Below, piece by piece: positions 29,042-37,653 of a stretch of DNA of 64,000 bases. This DNA comes from an uncultured Candidatus Bathyarchaeia archaeon (lineage in GTDB: Archaea; Thermoproteota; CALKCG01; B24), in assembly GCA_964568845.1 (NCBI GenBank), contig CAZMSC010000002.1, forward strand, positions 3,283 to 67,282. Reading direction: 5' to 3'. Position numbers and translations under genes: made by a program. The first letter of the stretch is position 1. Every line of letters begins with the position of its first letter. A model generated the notes under the pieces. It saw only the letters and a list, made by a program, of their open reading frames with translations. It did no database searches and was not told the DNA's origin.

Positions 29042-29848
29042 CTAAATAGACTTCAAAACTTCCTTAACGTAATTTAGGTCTCTCCTAGCTTGCTCTATTA
29101 TCTCTCTAAGAGGCATCTCCTCGTACTCGCAATGTACTGATACAGGTCCTTTAAACCCTATACGTTTAAGTATTTCAAACACTCTCCTCCATGGGACCAA
29201 CCCCTCGCCCATCGGGACGACGCGTGCAATCCATCTCCCGCCTTCTTTAAACCATCCAAAGTCTTTAACAGCCACCATGCGTATGTGATCCGTCAATATA
29301 TCCATGCCCATAAGCCATCCGGCTAGTCCGCCTTCAACAGCCATGTGACCCGGGTCTATGTAGGCTCCGATGAGGTTTGGATCGAATCCTTTTAAAATCT
29401 CCCATAGGATGGCTGGTTCAGCTGACATGTACATTCCTGAGTGTATGTGTACACCCGCGGTTACACCATACTTTCGGCTCAGCTCTTGAATCTTCTCCAG
29501 TTTTGCACGTACATCCTCTATCTGGCTTCTAAGGAAGCCGAAGCCTTTATACATCCAGTATCCAAGCTTCAGATACTTGACGCCGCACTTCGACGCCACT
29601 TTAAACGTCTCCTCAGCATAAGGCTCATTCGCATCTGTTACAGACGTCGTTATCATCGGAACAGACAAGCCTTTAGACTTCAATACTTCTATAGTTTCTG
29701 GAAGCTTCTCCTTAACCTCTTCCGGGGTTATGTAGCCTCCAGGTCTAACCGTTAAATCCACGCCTTCGAAGCCGATGTCAGCCATGATTTCGCCGAACTC
29801 GGAGAGCGGGAGCTTCTGAAACATTTTAGCGAAAACTATAAGCTTCAT
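29042..29848 (-). CDS. sugar phosphate isomerase/epimerase (xylose isomerase-like TIM barrel)
   Basis: 268-aa ORF with FEGVDL, VKYLKLG, GVHIHSG and DPGHM motifs typical of the AP-endonuclease-2/IolE-like TIM barrel family. Confidence 0.8.
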   Translation of the reverse strand: MKLIVFAKMFQKLPLSEFGEIMADIGFEGVDLTVRPGGYITPEEVKEKLPETIEVLKSKGLSVPMITTSVTDANEPYAEETFKVASKCGVKYLKLGYWMYKGFGFLRSQIEDVRAKLEKIQELSRKYGVTAGVHIHSGMYMSAEPAILWEILKGFDPNLIGAYIDPGHMAVEGGLAGWLMGMDILTDHIRMVAVKDFGWFKEGGRWIARVVPMGEGLVPWRRVFEILKRIGFKGPVSVHCEYEEMPLREIIEQARRDLNYVKEVLKSI

Positions 29849-29857
29849 AAAACCACC

Positions 29858-30865
29858 TCAAAACGTAGAAGCCCTTATATGTTCTACAAGCTCCATCGTT
29901 TTAACAGCGTCTTCGAAGCTCGTCTCAGGCATCCTATCTTCCCTTATACAGTCTATGAAATGTCTATTCTCCTGGAGATATCCATAGATTACGTGGAGGT
30001 CTCTACAGCCTCCGGCAAGGTCGAGGTTTCTCATGGTCTCAGCCTCCCCGTAGGTTTTATCGTCTTTCAATATTAAGGCCTCCTGCTTTTCAGGCTCAAA
30101 TGGGACGTTTACAAATGCATATACGCCTTTCGAGTGCATTTCAAAGTAGTGTACCCGTCCGCCTGAAGAGTAGTTTGAGCATAAATGCCCTACACATCCG
30201 TTTTTAAACCTTATAAGGGCGTTGAAGCTGTTCATGTAGTCCGCATAGAAGCTTGCAACATGGCTGACAACCTTCTCAGGCTCCCCACCCATAAACCTCA
30301 AAGCGTCAACGGCATGTATAACGTCCGCCACCAGGTGGCTCACACGACCCCAAGGCTCAGGTTGACCTATCATATTCTTATGGAATACGGCTGTACAGTG
30401 CGTTATAGGGCCATGCTCTTCAACTACACGTTTAGCCTCTCTGAAAACTGGTATAAACCTCCTGTTGAATCCGACCATGGTCTTACAACCGTATTTCCTA
30501 GCGGCTTCAGCCATCCTCCTAGCCTCCTCAATTGATGCACCCGGAGGCTTCTCTATGAAGACGTGGAGACCACGTTTAAGGCAGTTTACGACGACGTTGG
30601 CTAAAGGTTCGGCATCTGCATAGTGGCCAGTGGGGACAGGCGCCATAATAGCGTAAACAGCGTCTAAAGACACCTCCTCAAGCATAAGCCTATAGTCTCT
30701 GAAACGCCGCTCAACACCATACCTGTCAGCAGTCCTATTAAGCCTACCCTCATCCAAATCGCATACAGCAACTACCTCAACATCTCTAAAACTCGCCAGC
30801 GACGGATAGTGAACCCTATTAGCCATACCTCCAGCACCTATAAAACCCACTCTAACACGATCCAT
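29858..30865 (-). CDS. Gfo/Idh/MocA family oxidoreductase
   Basis: RVGFIGAGGMANRVH and FIEKPPG motifs. 335 aa. Confidence 0.85.
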   Translation of the reverse strand: MDRVRVGFIGAGGMANRVHYPSLASFRDVEVVAVCDLDEGRLNRTADRYGVERRFRDYRLMLEEVSLDAVYAIMAPVPTGHYADAEPLANVVVNCLKRGLHVFIEKPPGASIEEARRMAEAARKYGCKTMVGFNRRFIPVFREAKRVVEEHGPITHCTAVFHKNMIGQPEPWGRVSHLVADVIHAVDALRFMGGEPEKVVSHVASFYADYMNSFNALIRFKNGCVGHLCSNYSSGGRVHYFEMHSKGVYAFVNVPFEPEKQEALILKDDKTYGEAETMRNLDLAGGCRDLHVIYGYLQENRHFIDCIREDRMPETSFEDAVKTMELVEHIRASTF

Positions 30866-30974
30866 GTCATTTAAAACCTACTGTAGGAGAATATAAAACA
30901 TTCTTTGCGAACTACCTACAGCCTCCTGTCTACGATGTTAAAGTTTTTACGTTACTGGTATAGTATCAAGAGTT

Positions 30975-33146
30975 GTGAAAGCTTTGGATGTGTATGAGGT
31001 TTTATCTTCAGCCAAACCCGAAGAGCTGAAGCATCCATGTGAAAGCCTAGACTATGCCGATCACGTCGTTAAAACAACCATGATAGGTTATCCTCAATTG
31101 GCTGCTGATAGCCTACTGAACCCGGATTTAATCGGTAGACTGGCTGATATTGTCGGCTCCATAGTTAGACAGTTGAACCTGATCTTTATGGAGGCGAAGT
31201 GGATTATAGAGAAAAGGGAGGACGTTATCGTTCAGAGAGGACGGGCATACGATGTCCTCATTGAGATAGCTATAAATCTATTCGGTTTGGAAAGGGAGTG
31301 GGTCGGCTTTACAGATAGAGACGTTGAAGAGACTTTAGAAATCATAAGGAATGCATTGTCTACCTGGGAGTCTGTTGAACGTGAAGAATGTGGAAGCGCT
31401 GAAGTAGCTAGGGCAGTTGTCAGGTTGAAGATCGATGATATGAAGAAAGTTATGCGCGGAGATCCCAAAGGCGTGAAGAGCATGGTTGCTATCATGGGTG
31501 AAAACGTCGAGAAGAAGCTTGACGAGCGCAAGATTATGCTGAGCTTCCTAGACGCTTTGAAGGAGGAGATTCAAGGCAACATATATTACGTTATGTCTAA
31601 GAGGGGTATGTGTAGGTTTGGGAACGATTACGCTTTAGGTCTTAGGTGGCTTAGAAGGCTGGGCTATGTACAGGTTTCGACAAACCCCGTCTTAGCGGCT
31701 ATAGCCTATAGGGATGACCCAAGCCTATGGGGTAAGTTTGAAGGCTATCTCAAGAAAAACCCGGGTTACTTGAAGAATATAGACGGTCGTCAGGACGAGC
31801 TTGCGATGTTAGCCACCATGTTAGCGCTCTGGCCTAACATGGAGGTTTTTAGACCGGTCTTCTATTTAAAGGGCTTCTCAGACGGTATGATAAGCTACCA
31901 GTTGAATCCGAACGTAGCTGATGACGTCAATAGGAGTATTGAAGACGCTTTAAAAATCTACAGGGCCACTCAAGACTACTTCATGAAATACGACGAATAT
32001 CTCCTGTGGGGTTGGTCAAGAGACGTTGAAAGGGGAAGACCGAACATCGTGTTTAAAGTAGCTGGAAGTAGCCCCGCGGCTATAGAAATCACAAGCATGC
32101 TTGAAAGTCTAGGGATAGGTACAAACAACACGATAACATTCACAGTATCCCAGGAGGCTTCACTAATACTTGCTAAGATCCGTGGGAGAGCTAAAGCCGT
32201 TAAAATGGGTATTAAAACAACCAAGGTTTATGAAACCAATATGGGCGGCCGACTAGAGGGACACCTTAGGGAGGTTAAGGCCGCACAATTGATAACAGAT
32301 GCTTTAAGGCGTTTCGGAGACCCGGAAGCTAAACTCATTGAATTCTGCAGGAAGCTAGGCGTACCAGTGGCTGATAGAGCTGAAGCGTGGGTCGGCGCTA
32401 CTGGATGGGGGTACAACTACACGGCTAAAACGTTTGAGGAGAAGATTGTTTTAGTGTCTTTCAACCAGTATTTGAAAACTTTAACAAATGAGCATTTAGT
32501 AGCTCTCCTAGTAGAAGCAAAGATGTTCAACTCTAGAGAGGAAGCGTTGAACTACTTGACAAATTGGGAGAAGGCCATAGGGCTTGCCGGGACTCTAGTA
32601 GCTCAAAGGGTTTGGTGGATATTCTTCAGCTCTGAAAATAAGGTTAAGTGGATTAACTACCTAACTTCCGAGTATGGTTTAACAAGAGAAGAGGCTGAAG
32701 ACGTCTTAAATGGCATAGACGTGTTGCCAGCTTCCAAGAGAAAACCTATGGACACCTTCCTTACATTAGCTAGGTGGAATATGACGAATACTGAATTTCC
32801 AGACCATCAGCTTAACGTTTTAAATGAGTCTAAGAGTTTAAATTTCAATCTTTCAAACTATGATAACGCTATAATGATGAAGCATGATCCTAAAACCATT
32901 GAAACGCTCAACCAGCTGGGCGATTTCGTGAAAGCCTATGAGTTGACGTCTGATCTATTGGAGCTGCTTAGGAAAGTCGGTGTAGAAGTTAAAGAGCTAG
33001 GTAGTAGAGGGCTCTCATGCGATGAGTGGGCGGTCTTCGGATCTACTGTTAAAACGATGACAGGTTTTACTGAAGCGTATAATAGCTTCAGGAGTAGAGT
33101 TGTTGAAACGGCTAAAAGAGTAGCTAAAATGCTCAGTGTTCAATAA
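30975..33146 (+). CDS. large (723 aa) protein with a transaldolase-like TIM-barrel core and uncharacterised N- and C-terminal extensions
   Basis: The core (~aa 215-420) contains YVQVSTNPVL (cf. TTNPS), NIVFKVAGS (cf. the Schiff-base Lys in IKLAST), GIGTNNTITFTVSQEA (cf. GINCNLTLLFSFAQA) and TNMGGRLEGHL (cf. SPFVGRILDW). I do not recognise the flanking ~215 aa and ~300 aa. Confidence 0.55.
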   Translation: MKALDVYEVLSSAKPEELKHPCESLDYADHVVKTTMIGYPQLAADSLLNPDLIGRLADIVGSIVRQLNLIFMEAKWIIEKREDVIVQRGRAYDVLIEIAINLFGLEREWVGFTDRDVEETLEIIRNALSTWESVEREECGSAEVARAVVRLKIDDMKKVMRGDPKGVKSMVAIMGENVEKKLDERKIMLSFLDALKEEIQGNIYYVMSKRGMCRFGNDYALGLRWLRRLGYVQVSTNPVLAAIAYRDDPSLWGKFEGYLKKNPGYLKNIDGRQDELAMLATMLALWPNMEVFRPVFYLKGFSDGMISYQLNPNVADDVNRSIEDALKIYRATQDYFMKYDEYLLWGWSRDVERGRPNIVFKVAGSSPAAIEITSMLESLGIGTNNTITFTVSQEASLILAKIRGRAKAVKMGIKTTKVYETNMGGRLEGHLREVKAAQLITDALRRFGDPEAKLIEFCRKLGVPVADRAEAWVGATGWGYNYTAKTFEEKIVLVSFNQYLKTLTNEHLVALLVEAKMFNSREEALNYLTNWEKAIGLAGTLVAQRVWWIFFSSENKVKWINYLTSEYGLTREEAEDVLNGIDVLPASKRKPMDTFLTLARWNMTNTEFPDHQLNVLNESKSLNFNLSNYDNAIMMKHDPKTIETLNQLGDFVKAYELTSDLLELLRKVGVEVKELGSRGLSCDEWAVFGSTVKTMTGFTEAYNSFRSRVVETAKRVAKMLSVQ

Positions 33147-33156
33147 AAACACAATC

Positions 33157-33167
33157 TTTTATTTTTT
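33157..33167 (+). terminator. T-rich tract (TTTTATTTTTT), candidate archaeal terminator
   Basis: Lies 11 nt after the TAA of the 723-aa gene. Oligo-T tracts act as archaeal termination signals. Confidence 0.4.
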
Positions 33168-33189
33168 ACATAGATTTAATAGCTGGGTT

Positions 33190-33212
33190 TTCTTCTAAAA
33201 TTCTTAGAAGAA
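33190..33212. promoter_or_regulatory. perfect 9-bp inverted repeat (TTCTTCTAA-aattc-TTAGAAGAA) abutting the start codon of the ChlI/ChlD-like gene
   Basis: Read directly from the sequence. The right arm ends 1 nt before ATG 33214. Confidence 0.4.
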
Positions 33213-33213
33213 G

Positions 33214-35646
33214 ATGCCTCCGTCAACGCTTAAGGATAAACGTACCGTTTTCCCGTTTACTGCTTTTGTTGACCAGGAAGATTTGAAGCTTTCCCTCATA
33301 CTCAACGCTATAAACCCTCAGATAGGTGGCGTCTTAATAAGAGGTGAGAAAGGCTCAGGTAAGAGTACCATAGTACGGGCCTTAGCCGATCTACTGCCGG
33401 AGATAAAAGTCGTGGATGGTTGTATTTTCAACTGCGACCCAGATAATCCAGCTGAAATGTGTGAAGAGTGTTTTAGAAGGTGGAAGGAGGGAGATATTAA
33501 AGTCGCCTTTAGAAAGATGAAGGTTGTAACAATCCCCTTAGGCGTTACCGAAGATAGGCTTATCGGGACTTTAGATATAGAGCGAACGCTTAGAGAGGGT
33601 GTTAGAGTTTTCCAGCCTGGTCTGCTGGCTGAGGCCAATAGAAACATCATGTATATAGATGAAGTAAACCTTCTTCCAGATCACATAGTAGACGATATTT
33701 TGGACGCGGCGGCCTCAGGCTGGAACATAGTCGAGAGGGAGACGATATCCGTAGCTCACCCTTCGAGGTTTCTACTTGTTGGTACGATGAACCCTGAAGA
33801 AGGTGAGCTTAGACCACAGCTTTTAGATAGGTTTCCGCTATCGGCTACATCCACGTCTGTTAGAGATGAAGAATTAAGAGCTGAAGTAGTTAAGAGAAAT
33901 TTGGAGTTTGAAGAAGACCCTAAGGGATTTAGAGCGAAGTATGAACCCATGCAGGAGGAGCTTAGAAGAAGGATAATTGAAGCGCGGAGTATATTTTCGA
34001 AGGTTTTAATACCAAATTCCATAGTTAGACTCGTGGTGAGGCTTTGCATAGCGTTAGATGTCGATGGCCATAGACCCGACATAGTTATCCTCAAGACTGC
34101 AAAAACCCTAGCGGCTTTTGAAAACAAGTCGACAATCGAGGTTTCTCACGTAAGGAGGGCGGCACTTTTAGCGCTTATGCATAGGACGAGAAGCGGTGGT
34201 TTTAGAGAACCAGCCTCCCGCGAAGAGATTCTCAAGACTTTTGATCAATTGTACAACGAACTCTCTTGGGAGATAGTACGAGAAATCTCTCAACTCGCTG
34301 GTAGTAGGGAGTCCTGTGTGAAAGATAGTCCATCCGGTTTAAACTCTAAATTCGAGAGTAGCGGCTTAGGGGAAGCCAAATCCTCCACTGGCAGAGAAGA
34401 GAATGGAACAACCAGCCTACGCTCTCGCAATTTGGAAAAGCGTGAAGTATCCGATGGCAAAGTTTCTAGAAGGAAGAACATTAGCCGGTTTTTTCAGCTG
34501 GTGAAAACCCCGCCTAAGGATGGAGTTAAGGTAAAGACTAAGCCTTCAGACGGTTTTAGGTCTGAAGAGCTAAAGGAGGTTAAAGACCTTATCACAGTCC
34601 TAGGAAATAAACCTATGGGTAAAGGGTTTTTCAGAGAGCGTATGTATGAAAGTGTTGGAGAGGTTAAAACTATAGCCTTACCGTTAACTTCTCAAAAATA
34701 TGCTAGAAGAAAGACATTCTACCTCTCAGGTAGGAGAGCTCGAATGCTGATGTATGCTACAGTAGGTAGGTATGCTGGTTATGAAAGTTATAGGCGGGAT
34801 TCTTCCACGAATTTGGCTCTAATTCCAACTGTTCAAACAGCCGTAGCGAATGCGCACATACGTAGTGGGCAAACCGGACGGTTGACTATAGACGTTGAAC
34901 CTGAAGATTTAAAAGTTAAACTTCTATCTTCAAGATCCACTTTGACGATAATCTTCCTCTTGGATTTGAGCGATTCTATGGCCGACTACCTGCCAATTGT
35001 TTCAAAAGTTATACTTGGTCTCCATAGAGAAGCATACACTAAACGTGATAAAGTCGGCGTTGTGGCGTTTCAAGGGTTTAATGCCAACGTTGTCTCCCAC
35101 CCGACTAGAAACCTTTTAGTTGTTGCTAGAAAAGTTAGACGTTTGAGGGCAAGCGGATACACTCCGCTCGCTAGGGGTCTTCAATCTTCTCTTGAGCTAA
35201 TCAAGACCGAAAAGAGGAGAGATAAGAGTGCCCTTCCCATCGTAGTTCTCATAAGCGATGGAGCGGCAAACGTTCCTCTAAGTACGACCTTTGTAAGTCC
35301 ATTCTATTTGGATAGTTTAAGGAGGGCATATGAAGATTCTATATCTGTTGCTAAAAACTTGGCTAGAATGCGTATACCCATAATCGCTATAACTCCTTTT
35401 GGAGAGTCACTCTACCAAGGGTTAAGTAGGTCTGGAGTCGAATTGCTCAGAACAATTGCGGATATAACTGGTGGAGGCTTTTACGTAGTTTCAATGCCCA
35501 AGCCTAAAGAGCTTGTGGAGCTTGTTAAGAAGAACGTTTTCCCCAGCTATACAACCGATGATGAAGTTAAAACGATGTCTAAAGTTGTTAAAGACGCCAT
35601 TACACTGTTTAGAAGAGTAAATCTCAAGGAAGGATTAATTTATTAG
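33214..35646 (+). CDS. ChlI/ChlD-type chelatase-like fusion protein (N-terminal AAA+ module, C-terminal von Willebrand A domain)
   Basis: N-terminus: FPFTAFVDQEDLKLSLILNAINPQIGGVLIRGEKGSGKST (Walker A), YIDEVNLL (Walker B), and the Cys-rich insert CIFNCDP...CEEC. C-terminus: IFLLDLSDSM (MIDAS DxSxS) in a VWA fold. A Ser/Glu/Lys-rich linker joins them. Confidence 0.8.
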   Translation: MPPSTLKDKRTVFPFTAFVDQEDLKLSLILNAINPQIGGVLIRGEKGSGKSTIVRALADLLPEIKVVDGCIFNCDPDNPAEMCEECFRRWKEGDIKVAFRKMKVVTIPLGVTEDRLIGTLDIERTLREGVRVFQPGLLAEANRNIMYIDEVNLLPDHIVDDILDAAASGWNIVERETISVAHPSRFLLVGTMNPEEGELRPQLLDRFPLSATSTSVRDEELRAEVVKRNLEFEEDPKGFRAKYEPMQEELRRRIIEARSIFSKVLIPNSIVRLVVRLCIALDVDGHRPDIVILKTAKTLAAFENKSTIEVSHVRRAALLALMHRTRSGGFREPASREEILKTFDQLYNELSWEIVREISQLAGSRESCVKDSPSGLNSKFESSGLGEAKSSTGREENGTTSLRSRNLEKREVSDGKVSRRKNISRFFQLVKTPPKDGVKVKTKPSDGFRSEELKEVKDLITVLGNKPMGKGFFRERMYESVGEVKTIALPLTSQKYARRKTFYLSGRRARMLMYATVGRYAGYESYRRDSSTNLALIPTVQTAVANAHIRSGQTGRLTIDVEPEDLKVKLLSSRSTLTIIFLLDLSDSMADYLPIVSKVILGLHREAYTKRDKVGVVAFQGFNANVVSHPTRNLLVVARKVRRLRASGYTPLARGLQSSLELIKTEKRRDKSALPIVVLISDGAANVPLSTTFVSPFYLDSLRRAYEDSISVAKNLARMRIPIIAITPFGESLYQGLSRSGVELLRTIADITGGGFYVVSMPKPKELVELVKKNVFPSYTTDDEVKTMSKVVKDAITLFRRVNLKEGLIY

Positions 35647-35724
35647 ACCCGAATCGGCGCGTCATGTTAAACCTGTTAGAAAAACATTTTAACATAGGTT
35701 TACTGGAGTATTTTCTGAGCATTT

Positions 35725-36708
35725 ATGGAGTATGGTATAGCCGTAGATTTAGGTGCAACAAATATTAGAGTTGCCGCTGGTACTGCTAAAGGTGAATTCC
35801 TAGCAAGAGTTTCCGCACGTACGAATCTATTTGAAGGTGCCGAGGCAATAAGTCTCCAAGTAATATCGATGATACGGAGGCTTCAAGATGAAGCTGGACT
35901 TGATCCCAGGGATATGGTCGGCATAGGCGTTGGTGCTTTCGGCCCTCAGGATCCCGTGAGGGGTGGTATTGTAAAACCTGCCAATGCGCCCTACGAGTTC
36001 ATACCAATTAGAAAGCCTCTGGAGGAGGCTTTTAAGGTTCTGGTAGAGGTCTACAACGACTGCGTAATATCTGTTATCGGGGAGAAGTTTTACGGTTTAG
36101 GTAGAGGTGCAGATAACATCGTCTATATAACCATAAGTACAGGGATAGGTGCTGGTGTTTACGTTGACGGCCGCCTGCTCTTAGGTAAAGATGGAAATGC
36201 CCATGAAATAGGCCACATAGTAGTAGACTGCGAGAGAAGACTTATCTGCGGATGTGGTAAACGTGGACACTGGGAGGCCTATTGCTCAGGGCGCAACATA
36301 CCGAACTTTGCAAAGCTTATAATTGAAACTCAAAAAAGATTTGAAGATTTCAGGAAAAGCTACCTATGGGGGGCTTCAAATAACAGTTTAAACGGTATAA
36401 CCGCTAAGTCCGTCTATGATGGGGCTAAAATGGGTGACGAACTTTGCATAGACATAGTGGAAAGTATCGGCGTTTTAAACTCTATGGGTGTAGCCTCTGC
36501 CATAAACGTTTACGACCCAGACCTCGTGACGTTGGGCGGGGCGGTTACGCTTAACAATATTGAGCAAGTTTTAAATCCGATAAGACAGCACTTTAAAGAA
36601 TACATAGTCAATAGGGAAGCTGAAATAGCTGTAACACCTTTAGGTGATGAGATAGGGCTTTACGGTGCATTAGCCACGGCTTTCAGACTTCATAGAGATA
36701 AAGTCTAA
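35725..36708 (+). CDS. ROK family sugar kinase (glucokinase-like, no HTH domain)
   Basis: GIAVDLGATNIRVA, ITISTGIGAGVYVDGRLLLGKDGNAHEIGH, and the zinc motif CGCGKRGHWEAYCSG. Confidence 0.8.
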   Translation: MEYGIAVDLGATNIRVAAGTAKGEFLARVSARTNLFEGAEAISLQVISMIRRLQDEAGLDPRDMVGIGVGAFGPQDPVRGGIVKPANAPYEFIPIRKPLEEAFKVLVEVYNDCVISVIGEKFYGLGRGADNIVYITISTGIGAGVYVDGRLLLGKDGNAHEIGHIVVDCERRLICGCGKRGHWEAYCSGRNIPNFAKLIIETQKRFEDFRKSYLWGASNNSLNGITAKSVYDGAKMGDELCIDIVESIGVLNSMGVASAINVYDPDLVTLGGAVTLNNIEQVLNPIRQHFKEYIVNREAEIAVTPLGDEIGLYGALATAFRLHRDKV

Positions 36709-37634
36709 ACTTTAAGCTTCACTAAAATTTCGCAGGCTTTACATAGATCGCCTGTAGCTGGGCTTCCGCAGATTCTGCACTTTCTAACTTGTGGGAATTC
36801 TAAACTCCGCTTAAGATTATTGGCTATTTCTTCAAAACTCTTTAGCAAAGTGAACATTATACCTGGGTGTCTACTTTCCAACCGGTTGATTAAAACTCTA
36901 ATGTCAGATCTGAGAGATGAGCCGGTGTAGGGGCATTGCGTAGGTTGGAATTTAAAGTCCATGAGAGCGGCGTAAAGCGACACCTCTCTTTCAGGTATTA
37001 GAACCATCGGCTTAACCCGAGTAGGAATTTCTGAAAACCTACTTTCCGTCACTGAGCCTGAGGTTATAAACCTGTATAAGTCTCCGTGAGCTAGGTTGAG
37101 CATATACGTCTGAATGACGTCGTCAAGATTGTGGGCTGTGGCTATTTTATTAAGATTAAGTTCTTCAGATGCTATATTCAATGCTTTACGTCGTAAAATA
37201 CCGCAGTAGATGCATGGTCTAGGTTTAAGGTTCTTCTCTGAAGCTATTTTAACAAGTTCGTCAAGCGTTAAGCCGAAGAGCTTTTTGAAGCTGTAGATGT
37301 AGTGTGGAATTTTAAGCTTTCTACATGCTTCGGAAGCTATTTTTAAAGCCGCTCTTCTATAGCCTTTTATACCTTCATCTATTGTGATCGCTATGAGCTC
37401 AGCCTTTGGAAAACCAGCCTCAACCTTGGACAAGATGTGTAGCAGTGTTAAACTGTCTTTCCCTCCCGAGATGGCCAATCCTATCTTATCGTCTGGATTA
37501 AACATTTTATAGCGTTTTATCGCTAGACGTACCCTATCCTCTATGGATTTTGAGAAGTGCTTACGACATAGGGCTTCACCAGAATACATCCTCCTGTAAA
37601 CTGCTGCTTCACCGCACCTCTGACATTTAAGCAA
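36705..37634 (-). CDS. ttuA: tRNA 2-thiolation PP-loop ATPase (TtuA/NcsA/Ctu1 family)
   Basis: N- and C-terminal CxxC pairs (CQRCGE..CRKHF; CRICG..CKAC), the PP-loop ISGGKDS, PCIYCGILRR and ATAHNLDD. Confidence 0.8.
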   Translation of the reverse strand: MLKCQRCGEAAVYRRMYSGEALCRKHFSKSIEDRVRLAIKRYKMFNPDDKIGLAISGGKDSLTLLHILSKVEAGFPKAELIAITIDEGIKGYRRAALKIASEACRKLKIPHYIYSFKKLFGLTLDELVKIASEKNLKPRPCIYCGILRRKALNIASEELNLNKIATAHNLDDVIQTYMLNLAHGDLYRFITSGSVTESRFSEIPTRVKPMVLIPEREVSLYAALMDFKFQPTQCPYTGSSLRSDIRVLINRLESRHPGIMFTLLKSFEEIANNLKRSLEFPQVRKCRICGSPATGDLCKACEILVKLKV

Positions 37635-37653
37635 TAGCGCTCACCAATTCATG

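Noticed and set aside
30975-35646. The transaldolase-like giant and the ChlI/ChlD-like gene as one operon or system.
   Set aside because: A T-rich terminator-like tract (33157-33167), a TATA-like TTTAATA and a start-proximal palindrome lie between them. This suggests separate transcription units, so the functional link is unsupported.
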